The notes under the pieces were generated by a model. The model was not told where the DNA came from, made no database searches, and saw only the letters and a program-made list of their open reading frames with translations. From the IMG/VR virus record IMGVR_UViG_3300032287_001394: a DNA stretch of 64,000 nucleotides, one strand, 5' to 3'. The position numbers and the translations under genes are program-made. Each line of letters starts with the position of its first letter. Position 1 is the first letter of the stretch. This stretch comes from a virus. This document shows, one piece after another, positions 25,359 to 34,990 of the stretch.

Positions 25359-27775
25359 TGCATTTATATACAGGATGCGTAGAGAATAGACAAGATCCAT
25401 TAAAACTTGGTAGATGCCAGGTTCGTGTGGTAGGTCTACACAATAGTGATAAGACCCAGTTAAAGACAGAAGATTTGCCATGGGCATATCCTATGCAACC
25501 TATTACCTCGGCGGGTATATCAGGAGTAGGTCATACTCCGTTAGGTCCAGTTGAAGGTTCATGGGTCGTTATCATGTTCAGAGACGATGATGAACAACAA
25601 CCAATCATCTTAGGTACAATCGGCGGTATACCACAAGCACAGGGTACCATAGATCAAGACAATGATCAGATGATCCTCAAAGAAGATGGTATGCTCGCGG
25701 GTTCAGATGGTCAAACTACTACAAACACCAATGGCGATACTGTAACTAATACTTCCTCAACTCCTGGAGAAGAAGATGTTGGGTTAAATCTTGCAAGTAA
25801 GTATACTCCGTCGTCAGATGCGATAAACTTAATCAAACAATATGAAGGATTAAGACTAACTGCGTATCAAGACTCTGTTGGTATATGGACTATAGGCTAC
25901 GGCACTACAACTATTAATGGGGTTGCAGTCTATGAAGGTCAAACTATTACTCAAGCACAAGCTGACGAGTATTTGTTAGATCATATAGAGAATAATGTGT
26001 CTCCTATAATAAACACAAAAGTTAAAGCTCCAATCACCCAATCAATGTATGACGCACTATGTTGTTTTACATATAACCTAGGTTCTGGTAATTTAAGTAA
26101 GTCTACACTATTAAAAGAACTAAACACTACAAAATATCTAGATACCGCGACATCATTCTTAGACTATAATAAAGCCGGTGGAGTAGTATTAGCTGGTCTA
26201 ACTAAACGCAGGTCTGCAGAAAAAGATCTATTCTTAAAAGATGGTATACCTAGTATTTCAGGAGATCTAACTCCAGTACAAGGAGCCAATGCTCCTGTTG
26301 ATTCATCTAATACTAGTTCAGGCCTTAATAATGGCGGTGCTGCTGTTGTTATGGGATTTAAAGATCCTAAAGGCAAGTATCCATTATATCTAAATGAACC
26401 TGACACTAATAAACTAGCTAGACATGAAGACATCAAGAAGACTATAGTCTACAAGAAAGAATTAGCAAGAGAGAAAGCAGTGCTGACTGCCGCTGGTAAA
26501 ACTTGGGATCAAGCTCATATCCCTTACAATGCTTCATATCCTTATAATCATGTATTCATGACAGAGTCCGGCCATATCATGGAGTTTGATGATACCCAAT
26601 ACTCTGAACGCGTACACATATATCATAAGAGCGGCACCTTCACTGAGATAGATGCCAATGGCACACAAGTCAATAGGATAGTTGGAGATAACTACGAGAT
26701 ACTTGAACGAAACGGCCATGTATACATCAAAGGTACCATGGATGTCACTATAGATGGTGATCATAACGTTAAAGTTAATAATGCTATGAACCTTGAAGTA
26801 GTCGGTAATGTTAACATGAAAGTTACTGGAAACATGAATGTTGATGTAGCAGGCACATATAACTTAAAAGCTTCAGGAATTAACTTAGAAACGCATACTG
26901 GTCCAATGAATATAAAATCGGCCAATAGCATTAACGTACAGTCCGCCGCGGCACAAAGCTTTAAAGCTGGAGCAACATTTAATGTTGATGCCGTACGTGT
27001 AGACATGAATAGCGGAACAGCTGGAGATGCATCTGGTTCTGGATTAGATACACTTTCTGTTGCTACTCCAGAATTGCCAGAGTTTACAGACTTAGTAGTC
27101 ATAACTCGTGGGGCAGAGGCCGCCGCACATTATGAGACTCCAGAAGAGGGTGATGCTACCGCTTATACTGCTAAACAAATTAGCGATGGTACATTAAGAG
27201 CTGATGAGAAAGATTTTGGTACAGCACAAGGATCAGCGACAGCAAGTCCTAATGATGTGGCACCATTACCACAAAGCTGTAACTTAATTAGTAGTATGGA
27301 TAAGTTTACTCCAGACTTACAATTGTCAACACACTTTAATCTTGGATCATTAACTAAAAACGGCACACGCATGCCAGTCAATCAGCAAGGATTAACTGCA
27401 CAAGAGATAGTATGTAATCTTAAAGGTCTTGCTGAGAATTGTTTAGAGCCTATTATTAGGCTGTATCCAAGTATGATCATTACTTCAGGATTTAGAAGAC
27501 CTAACGATGTGGCTGCGTCTAGCAAGACATCACAACATTACCTAGGTCAAGCTGCAGACATTGTAATCCCAGGATTTAGTAGACAGAAACATTATGATGC
27601 CATTCAAGCTATACAACAATTAATACCATATGACCAACTAATACTAGAATATTCTGGTGCAAATACTGTATGGATCCATGTGTCATTTAAGTATACTGCT
27701 AATAGACAGATGGCATTTACCATGAGAGACCATACCAAAGTTGGTGATACAGGACAGTTTACGCTGATAGCATAA
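25358..27775 (+). CDS. 5: Baseplate spike gp5 with GH24 lysozyme and C-terminal peptidase M15
   Basis: OB fold (GCVENRQDPLKLGRCQVRVVG); lysozyme (IKQYEGLRLTAYQDSVGIWTIGYG...GLTKRR); beta-helix repeats; M15 (SGFR...SQHYLGQAADI...WIHVS). Confidence 0.92.
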   Translation: MHLYTGCVENRQDPLKLGRCQVRVVGLHNSDKTQLKTEDLPWAYPMQPITSAGISGVGHTPLGPVEGSWVVIMFRDDDEQQPIILGTIGGIPQAQGTIDQDNDQMILKEDGMLAGSDGQTTTNTNGDTVTNTSSTPGEEDVGLNLASKYTPSSDAINLIKQYEGLRLTAYQDSVGIWTIGYGTTTINGVAVYEGQTITQAQADEYLLDHIENNVSPIINTKVKAPITQSMYDALCCFTYNLGSGNLSKSTLLKELNTTKYLDTATSFLDYNKAGGVVLAGLTKRRSAEKDLFLKDGIPSISGDLTPVQGANAPVDSSNTSSGLNNGGAAVVMGFKDPKGKYPLYLNEPDTNKLARHEDIKKTIVYKKELAREKAVLTAAGKTWDQAHIPYNASYPYNHVFMTESGHIMEFDDTQYSERVHIYHKSGTFTEIDANGTQVNRIVGDNYEILERNGHVYIKGTMDVTIDGDHNVKVNNAMNLEVVGNVNMKVTGNMNVDVAGTYNLKASGINLETHTGPMNIKSANSINVQSAAAQSFKAGATFNVDAVRVDMNSGTAGDASGSGLDTLSVATPELPEFTDLVVITRGAEAAAHYETPEEGDATAYTAKQISDGTLRADEKDFGTAQGSATASPNDVAPLPQSCNLISSMDKFTPDLQLSTHFNLGSLTKNGTRMPVNQQGLTAQEIVCNLKGLAENCLEPIIRLYPSMIITSGFRRPNDVAASSKTSQHYLGQAADIVIPGFSRQKHYDAIQAIQQLIPYDQLILEYSGANTVWIHVSFKYTANRQMAFTMRDHTKVGDTGQFTLIA

Positions 27776-28314
27776 TGCCATTTAGTCCAACTACTACATC
27801 ATTAAACACGTTAAATGAGTTTAAGAATTTAAGTCATACTATAACGTATGTATCAGGAGGTGCTACAGGAGCTACAGGTGCTGGAGTTAGTTATCCAGTA
27901 ACTATAACTGCAGCTGAAAGCAATCCTACGATTACTATATCTGGAAATATTATATCTGGATATTACTCTGACGTATTTGTAGGAGAGATAGCATATAGGA
28001 CTATTGATGATCAGTTCATTACTGTTACAACTTGGCAAGCAATAGAAAATGCGGTTAATAATGGCACATTATCAGAGATATATTACTATTATGCAGATAC
28101 GCGGGTAAATTATGTTTATACATATACCGCGACTGCTAATGGAGAAACAAAAGCCTATACTATTACAGTTACTAATGATTGGACTTATGGAAGAGATCAA
28201 CTATTACGATATGTACATCCTTCACAAGTTTCTGGCATAGTATGGATAAATAACAGTGGACAACCCGTTACATGGAATAATGTTAATGGTAACACAATTA
28301 CTTGGAATAATTAA
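27775..28314 (+). CDS. Hypothetical virion protein
   Basis: Coupled ORF in the baseplate operon. Confidence 0.65.
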   Translation: MPFSPTTTSLNTLNEFKNLSHTITYVSGGATGATGAGVSYPVTITAAESNPTITISGNIISGYYSDVFVGEIAYRTIDDQFITVTTWQAIENAVNNGTLSEIYYYYADTRVNYVYTYTATANGETKAYTITVTNDWTYGRDQLLRYVHPSQVSGIVWINNSGQPVTWNNVNGNTITWNN

Positions 28315-28652
28315 TGACTATACCTAATACTCTCGCTAATTTATCAGGTTCGATACAACTATCGTTACTTGATGATAACTTTACATATTTAGATGCAGCA
28401 ATAGCAACCGCTGTAGTTGGTGCAACTAGCTTTGTAAACGTTGCAACCTTAGTAGCAGGTGCTGGCGCGACAGGAGCTACAGGCTCTATAACTGGTGCAT
28501 CATTTAAAACATCAAATTGGACAATTACTGGCGCATCAGGTGCCACAGGAGCTTTATACTTTTCAATTGGTGGTGTAAACAAAGCTAAGTTAGATATAGA
28601 TGGAAACTTTAGTGTAACTGGTGATGTCATAGCATTTGAGACTATTACTTAA
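28314..28652 (+). CDS. Hypothetical virion protein
   Basis: Coupled ORF; LDDNF and GNFSVTGDVIAF fibre-like motifs. Confidence 0.65.
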   Translation: MTIPNTLANLSGSIQLSLLDDNFTYLDAAIATAVVGATSFVNVATLVAGAGATGATGSITGASFKTSNWTITGASGATGALYFSIGGVNKAKLDIDGNFSVTGDVIAFETIT

Positions 28653-28654
28653 TC

Positions 28655-29677
28655 ATGGCTTTACCATCTAGCGGAAGAATTAAATTAAGTGATGTTAATA
28701 CTGAATTAGGATTATCATCTACTACACGTATAACTTTAGGTCAAGCTACTGTTAGGACTTTGACTGGTGTTTCTTCTGGTAGGATTAGGTTAGCTGCAGA
28801 TGGATATGGTAAATCTAATAGAGCAGTATTGAGTTATATTTTCTCTAGTAATACTACACAAACTACAATTAATCCAGCTGCTGTAGCTGGATATATAGCT
28901 GGAAAGACAGACTTAACCATAACAGTTAATAGTGGAGTGTATGTTTATTCTACAAATACATCAGTTGCTGGACTAACTATATCAGGATTCTCAGCTGGTG
29001 ATACTATTGCATTAGTGAATAATGGCTATATTATAGGCAGAGGTGGAAATGGTGCGACAGGTACAAGTAATAATTCTCAAAATAGCGGGTTATCCGGAGG
29101 ACCTGCTTTAAGTATATCATATAATGTTACTATAACCAATAATAGTTATATAGCTGGTGGCGGTGGTGGGGGAGGATGTTATGTCGTTGGCGGTGGAGGC
29201 GGTGCAGGAGGTGGAAATGGAGGTAATTCTTTCACGCAACCCGCTGGTCAAGGAATTGGAGGAGCTGGAGGTGGCCCAGGTGAAGTTGGGCAAAATAGTA
29301 TCCCACCCTATTCTAGCCCGCGGGCTAGTCCCGGCGGTGGAGCAGGAGGAGCCGGATCAGTTAATATGACATTTAACGGAAATAATGGATTCGGCGGTGG
29401 AGGCGGAGGTAGAATTTTACCTGGAGTTGGTGGGGTAGCTTACAGTGGATACTCCGACTGGCGTGCCGGTAATGGTGGTTCTGGTAACTCTCCAGGATCA
29501 AGTCCTCCATATTCTAGTAACTTTTGGTTTGCTGGTGCCGGTGGCGGAGGTTGGGGAGCAGCAGGAGGAAATGCCTTTGGAGCAGCAAGTGGAGGAGCAG
29601 GTGGTAAAGCTATAGCACTCAATGGATATTCAGTCACGTATGCAGTAACAGGCACAATTTATGGAGCAGTTAGTTAG
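28655..29677 (+). CDS. Glycine-rich virion or fibre protein
   Basis: MALPSSGRIKLSDVNTELG N-terminus and extensive GGGGG tracts. Confidence 0.7.
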   Translation: MALPSSGRIKLSDVNTELGLSSTTRITLGQATVRTLTGVSSGRIRLAADGYGKSNRAVLSYIFSSNTTQTTINPAAVAGYIAGKTDLTITVNSGVYVYSTNTSVAGLTISGFSAGDTIALVNNGYIIGRGGNGATGTSNNSQNSGLSGGPALSISYNVTITNNSYIAGGGGGGGCYVVGGGGGAGGGNGGNSFTQPAGQGIGGAGGGPGEVGQNSIPPYSSPRASPGGGAGGAGSVNMTFNGNNGFGGGGGGRILPGVGGVAYSGYSDWRAGNGGSGNSPGSSPPYSSNFWFAGAGGGGWGAAGGNAFGAASGGAGGKAIALNGYSVTYAVTGTIYGAVS

Positions 29678-29686
29678 GAGATAATT

Positions 29687-29893
29687 ATGGCAAGAAAATG
29701 GGCAGTACATAACCAAATTACAGGATTACAAGAAGAGCTTGATTCATTTGAAGCAATCAAGACTCGCAGGTTAGAGATCATTGAACAATCTCGCCTATTT
29801 GATATAACAGTTTTAGTACAAAACGAAGATGAAACATGGACACAAACATTAGCTGATGCCAATGGTGATCCAGTTCCACCACCAACAGAATAA
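29687..29893 (+). CDS. Hypothetical protein
   Basis: AGGAGA SD; coupled to the PAAR gene. Confidence 0.65.
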   Translation: MARKWAVHNQITGLQEELDSFEAIKTRRLEIIEQSRLFDITVLVQNEDETWTQTLADANGDPVPPPTE

Positions 29894-30177
29894 TGCCAGC
29901 AGCTACTAGATTAGGAGATGTTTGTACAGGACATGGATGCTTTCCTCCAAGAGTTAATGACGAGGCATCTGATAATGTATTCATCAATGGAATCGGTGCT
30001 CATCGAGTAGATGACCATTGGGTGACTCACTGCTGTACTATTATTTGTCATGATGGTGTGGCTGCAGAAGGCTCATCAACCGTGTTTATCAATGGAAAGG
30101 CTGCTGTTAGGATAGGTGATATGATTTCATGTGGATCAGCCTCAGCAGAAGGTTCTCCTAATGTATTCTTTGGATAA
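29893..30177 (+). CDS. PAAR spike-tip protein (gp5.4)
   Basis: MPAATRLGD.CTGH...VFING..AVRIGD..SCG...GSPNVF. Confidence 0.92.
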   Translation: MPAATRLGDVCTGHGCFPPRVNDEASDNVFINGIGAHRVDDHWVTHCCTIICHDGVAAEGSSTVFINGKAAVRIGDMISCGSASAEGSPNVFFG

Positions 30178-30194
30178 AAGCATATAAATAAGCT

Positions 30195-30587
30195 ATGGTA
30201 CGAAATACTAGGACATTCTCTGATTTAGACCTCAACTTTACTAAACACCCAGTAACGAAGGATGTCGTCCGTAAGTTTGATGAAGAAGCTATCAAGGCAT
30301 CAGTAAAGAACCTTGTCCTAACACAGAACTATGAGAGACCTTTCCATTCAGAGATAGGTTCACAAATTAGAGGGTTGTTGTTTGAGCCAGCCACCCCAAT
30401 GTTAAACGTCATGCTCAAGAGAGCTATAACTGACACCATAGTCAACTTTGAACCTAGAGTTAGACTTAATGAGGTATTAGTTACCATCTCTCCAGATAAC
30501 AATGAAGTGTATGTATCAGTATACTTTACTATCATAAACACTACTAAGCCATTGCAAGTGGATCTAGTACTAACGAGAACTCGATAA
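30195..30587 (+). CDS. 25: Baseplate wedge gp25
   Basis: FSDLDLNF..HP...AIKASVKNL...ERPF...FEPRV; late promoter at 30183-30190. Confidence 0.92.
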   Translation: MVRNTRTFSDLDLNFTKHPVTKDVVRKFDEEAIKASVKNLVLTQNYERPFHSEIGSQIRGLLFEPATPMLNVMLKRAITDTIVNFEPRVRLNEVLVTISPDNNEVYVSVYFTIINTTKPLQVDLVLTRTR

Positions 30588-32434
30588 TGTCAACAGCTAA
30601 TAAAATCATTAACACTACAGAGTTAGATTTTGATACAATTAAGTCAAACTTAAAAACATTCTTACAAGGACAATCAGCTTTTGCTGATTATGACTTTGAG
30701 GGTGCTGGCCTTTCGGTCCTTATTGACTTACTTGCATACAATACCCATTACAACGCTCTATATACAAACTTAGCTATCAATGAATCTTTCTTAGATTCTG
30801 CTAGCAAACGATCAAGCGTCGTTTCAAGAGCTAAAGAAATTGGGTATGTGCCTTATTCATCCTCTGCTGCCACTGCTGTTGTTAATATAGTCGTATCATC
30901 CACGACTACTACACCAGCCACTTTAACATTACCGGCTTATAGTTCATTTAGTACAAGTATAGATGGAGAACAATATACGTTTTATACTACAGAGAGTATA
31001 GTCTCTACTTTAGTAGGATCTACATATACATTCACAAATGTAAATATCAAAGAAGGTACACCATTAACATTTAAGTATACTGTAGCTGATGGTACCCAAT
31101 ACATAATCCCTAATCAAAATGTAGATATGTCTACCCTATCTGTCCGCATACAAGATAATGCGGCATCTTCTAATTTTGCCACATGGGTCAATCAAGAATT
31201 AATAATAAACTTAGACTCAGAATCTAAGGTATACTTTGTCAAAGAGATTGAAGGCCAATTCAATCAATTAGAATTCGGCAATGGAGTCATAGGTAAAGCT
31301 CTAGCAAACGGAAATCTAGTCAACCTCACATACTTAGTAACTAATGAGGATGCAGGTAATGGAGCTAGAGTATTCGCTTATACTGGTTCAACACTATTAG
31401 GTGGTTCTGTTGCAGTCACCACAGTCACTCCAGCTGTTGGAGGAGCTGTTGCAGAGACCATCGAATCGATTAGATACAATGCTCCTAGAGCTTATTCAGC
31501 ACAAAATAGAGCAGTGACAGTAGAAGACTATAGGACTATGATATTTAGACTCTATCCAGAAGCTCAGACGATCAATGTATGGGGAGGTGAAGATAATGAT
31601 CCACCTATCTATGGTAAAGTGTTCTTATCTATAAAACCCACAACTACGGATGTATTGACACAAAATCAAAAAGATTATATTAAAGACTCTATCTTAAAAG
31701 AAAAAAACGTTGTGTCTATAACTCCTGAGATTGTAGATCCAGAATTTATTAATATTAAAATAGAATCATCAATTTATTACAATCCTAGACTAACTGCTAA
31801 ATCCGAGAATACACTTAAATCATTAGTCGTTCAAACTATTAAAGACTATAACACAGATAACCTTAATTCATTTACTGGAGTATTTAGACATTCAAACCTC
31901 AGTGCATTGATAGATAATACTGAAGATTCTATCGTTAGTAATATTACTACTATAAAACTACATCGAGAAGTAGACGTACAGTACAATACTAATGCTAACT
32001 ATACAATTAATTTAGGAAATCCGATTTATGGATCTGGAGTTGCAGCACAATCCATCTTATCTACTGGATTTTATATAGCTGGTAATGATAATATAGTTTA
32101 TATAGAAGACCTCCCTACTGATGAACTTACAGGTCAGTTGCGCTTATGGTATTACAATAATGATATCAAGACTTACTTAAGAACTTTTGGTTCAGTAGAC
32201 TATCCTAATGGTATAATTAGACTAACAGAACTTGAAATCGTAGGTATCGATTTAACAGATGGCCCAATATTAGAGTTGATGATTAAGCCACAATCAAATG
32301 ATGTAGTTTCTATTAGAAACCAGCTCGTCACCATCCCAGATAATAATATTACAGTTAACGTAGTATTAGATAAAGTTTCTGTAGGTGATCCTGGAGGCGG
32401 AACTAATTATATATTCACTTCAAGTAGAAATTAA
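30587..32434 (+). CDS. 6: Baseplate wedge gp6
   Basis: ELDFDTIKSNL...DYDFEG...LLAYNTHYN...QNRAVTVEDY. Confidence 0.93.
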   Translation: MSTANKIINTTELDFDTIKSNLKTFLQGQSAFADYDFEGAGLSVLIDLLAYNTHYNALYTNLAINESFLDSASKRSSVVSRAKEIGYVPYSSSAATAVVNIVVSSTTTTPATLTLPAYSSFSTSIDGEQYTFYTTESIVSTLVGSTYTFTNVNIKEGTPLTFKYTVADGTQYIIPNQNVDMSTLSVRIQDNAASSNFATWVNQELIINLDSESKVYFVKEIEGQFNQLEFGNGVIGKALANGNLVNLTYLVTNEDAGNGARVFAYTGSTLLGGSVAVTTVTPAVGGAVAETIESIRYNAPRAYSAQNRAVTVEDYRTMIFRLYPEAQTINVWGGEDNDPPIYGKVFLSIKPTTTDVLTQNQKDYIKDSILKEKNVVSITPEIVDPEFINIKIESSIYYNPRLTAKSENTLKSLVVQTIKDYNTDNLNSFTGVFRHSNLSALIDNTEDSIVSNITTIKLHREVDVQYNTNANYTINLGNPIYGSGVAAQSILSTGFYIAGNDNIVYIEDLPTDELTGQLRLWYYNNDIKTYLRTFGSVDYPNGIIRLTELEIVGIDLTDGPILELMIKPQSNDVVSIRNQLVTIPDNNITVNVVLDKVSVGDPGGGTNYIFTSSRN

Positions 32435-34266
32435 TGACCGTTAGTTTAAAGAGCGTAGTATCTAAACAGATACCTGAATTTATCAGGTCTGACTATCCCC
32501 TTTTTGTTGAGTTCATAGAAGCATATTATGAATACCTAAATGTTAGATCTTTTACTAGCGCATCAAAAACATATCAAGGTGGGTATCAGCAAAGAAACCT
32601 AGAAGAACTGCGCGATCTAGATACTACTCTAGATGAGTTCATCCAGTATTTTAAGAATGAACTAGATATATTTGGAGATAATTATGAATTTATTGATAGA
32701 GCTTTCTTCCTAAGAAAAGCTAAACAAGTATTCACTGCAAAAGGTACTGAAGCATCTTATAAGCTTTTATTCAAGTTACTATATAATAAACCTGCTGAGA
32801 TTGCTTATCCATGGGATCAAGTATTAAAAGCTTCTGATGGTAAATGGCAACAAGAGATGTCTATATTTGTTGACATAGCTACGGGTAACGCCTTTAATCT
32901 GGTTGGTAATAGGATTAATTTAAATGGTACAAACCTTGCTATCAAGGTATTCGTTACTCGAGTAGAACTCTACAGCGGGACCATCTATCAACTATTCATA
33001 GACAAGAGTTATTATGGTACCATCCAAACTGGTTATACTATTAGTGATGATGGAGTTACGGGTACTATTATACCTACTACAGTAAAGTATGAAATACTTA
33101 ATAAAGGTATAGGTTTTAGAATTGGAACGTTTTTTGAGTCGACGACTATCTCTAATGGTCAAACTATCACTCAAAAATTAAAAGTTACTAGTGTTGATGC
33201 TAACGGAGGTATAACAGGATTAACCACTATCCAGTTTGGTGCAGGATATGCTCTTGACTTCTTTTCAACTAAAAACAACTCTGATGTAATATCAGATTCT
33301 AGTTTAACCATCGATAAGGATAGTACTAGACAGTTTTCTATCCCAAATGACACATTAATTGATAAGTATGTAGACTATGGTTACCTAATATCACCTATCT
33401 ATTCCGATTTAGATTATTCTGATAACACGTATGCTGGTGTACTACTTAATCAATGGTATCAAGAGACAGATGCAGGTTTAAATGAGGTAGCTGATTTTGC
33501 TATCATTAAGTTTACCATAGGAGCTGTAGCAAAGTATCAAGGACAATTCATCAATAATGATGGGTTCTTAGATGATGAGATCTATATCCAGGATAGTAGA
33601 TACTATCAAAAGTATTCATATGTTATAACTATCAATGAGAGTTTAACTAAATATAAATCTCTAATTAAATCATACATACATCCAGCTGGTACGGCTATAT
33701 TCTCTAATTATCAGATTCAGAATACTTTTGCGCCTACTGTTACTGCAACGTTTGAATTAGGAGAATGGATCTCCGGAGCTTCTGTAACTAACATAAATAG
33801 ATCTATTAGGGATATGTTTGTATATCCTGCTGATGCCGGTGGTGTAATTAGGATGGATGCCTATGATGTAGATTACTCTACTGCTGATCAATTCTATAAT
33901 CCTCCAAGAGCGTATAGATTCTTTGGAGATGCTAGAAATGTCTTAAGAACAACTGTTACTGTAGATGATTCTGGATCTGCTGCAGTTTCAATGATATTTA
34001 ATGCTGCTACCGCTGTTGATGATGCCCTTGAAACTATTACGTATGTAAATCATGGATTTGCTACTCAAGATGCTGTAGTATATAGAACAAATGGTGGAAC
34101 AGTAGTTGGTGGATTATCTGACCTAAATACGTATTATGTATATAAAGTAGATAATGATACTATTAAATTAGCAACTTCAGCATCAAATGCATTAGGCGCA
34201 ATAACAATTAATTTAACAGACGGTGTAGGAGCTAATCATACACTAACAAAAACAGAGATTTTTTAA
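32434..34266 (+). CDS. Baseplate wedge protein (gp7-like)
   Basis: QIPEFIRSDYPLFVEFIEAYYEYL...KGTEASYKLLFKLLY...IQDSRYYQKYSY...HPAG; follows gp6. Confidence 0.7.
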   Translation: MTVSLKSVVSKQIPEFIRSDYPLFVEFIEAYYEYLNVRSFTSASKTYQGGYQQRNLEELRDLDTTLDEFIQYFKNELDIFGDNYEFIDRAFFLRKAKQVFTAKGTEASYKLLFKLLYNKPAEIAYPWDQVLKASDGKWQQEMSIFVDIATGNAFNLVGNRINLNGTNLAIKVFVTRVELYSGTIYQLFIDKSYYGTIQTGYTISDDGVTGTIIPTTVKYEILNKGIGFRIGTFFESTTISNGQTITQKLKVTSVDANGGITGLTTIQFGAGYALDFFSTKNNSDVISDSSLTIDKDSTRQFSIPNDTLIDKYVDYGYLISPIYSDLDYSDNTYAGVLLNQWYQETDAGLNEVADFAIIKFTIGAVAKYQGQFINNDGFLDDEIYIQDSRYYQKYSYVITINESLTKYKSLIKSYIHPAGTAIFSNYQIQNTFAPTVTATFELGEWISGASVTNINRSIRDMFVYPADAGGVIRMDAYDVDYSTADQFYNPPRAYRFFGDARNVLRTTVTVDDSGSAAVSMIFNAATAVDDALETITYVNHGFATQDAVVYRTNGGTVVGGLSDLNTYYVYKVDNDTIKLATSASNALGAITINLTDGVGANHTLTKTEIF

Positions 34267-34276
34267 GGAGTAGTAT

Positions 34277-34984
34277 ATGTTACATTCAAGCGTAAAACTT
34301 ACAGGTAAGCTAGTCATCAAAAAGTTTGATGACGCTAATAAACTTGTATATGAGACAGAAGTAAAAAACTTAGTAGTAACCTCGGGTAAACAATTCATTG
34401 CATCTAGGATAGTAGAAAGCTCTGCTAATGTCATGGGTTTTATGGCTATCGGAGACGACGCTTCATCAGCTTCTACCATACAAACTACACTAGTCAACGA
34501 ACTAGCTCGTGTAGCTGTAGACTCTAAGACTGCTTCTGGAGTTAACTCAACATTCGTAGCTACATTCCCGGCTGGTACAGGTACCGGCAATATCGTTGAA
34601 GCTTCTATCACTAATACATCTGGAGCTTCTGTTATATCATTTGATGGAGACACCGCAGTAGATGATGCTGGTGACACTATCACTTACGTTGCTCATGGAT
34701 TTGTTACTGGCGACTTAGTTACTTATACTGATGGTGGTAATACAGCTATAACTAACTTAACAGACGGCGCACAATACTATATCATTAAAAGCACAAACGA
34801 CGTAGTTAAGCTTGCATCATCTTCAGCTAATGCAAGTGCTGGTACTGCAATAAATATTACAGGAACATCTGGTGCTGGACATAAACTTTCAAAAGGTACT
34901 ATGTTATGCAGAACAACGTTCCCAGTAATCGCTAAGTCATCATCTGAAACTTTAGCTATTTCATGGGTAATTACTGTAGGATAA
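34277..34984 (+). CDS. Hypothetical virion structural protein
   Basis: NLVVTSG...MAIG...GTMLCRTTF...ISWVIT, with an inserted beta domain. Confidence 0.7.
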   Translation: MLHSSVKLTGKLVIKKFDDANKLVYETEVKNLVVTSGKQFIASRIVESSANVMGFMAIGDDASSASTIQTTLVNELARVAVDSKTASGVNSTFVATFPAGTGTGNIVEASITNTSGASVISFDGDTAVDDAGDTITYVAHGFVTGDLVTYTDGGNTAITNLTDGAQYYIIKSTNDVVKLASSSANASAGTAINITGTSGAGHKLSKGTMLCRTTFPVIAKSSSETLAISWVITVG

Positions 34985-34990
34985 TAAAAT

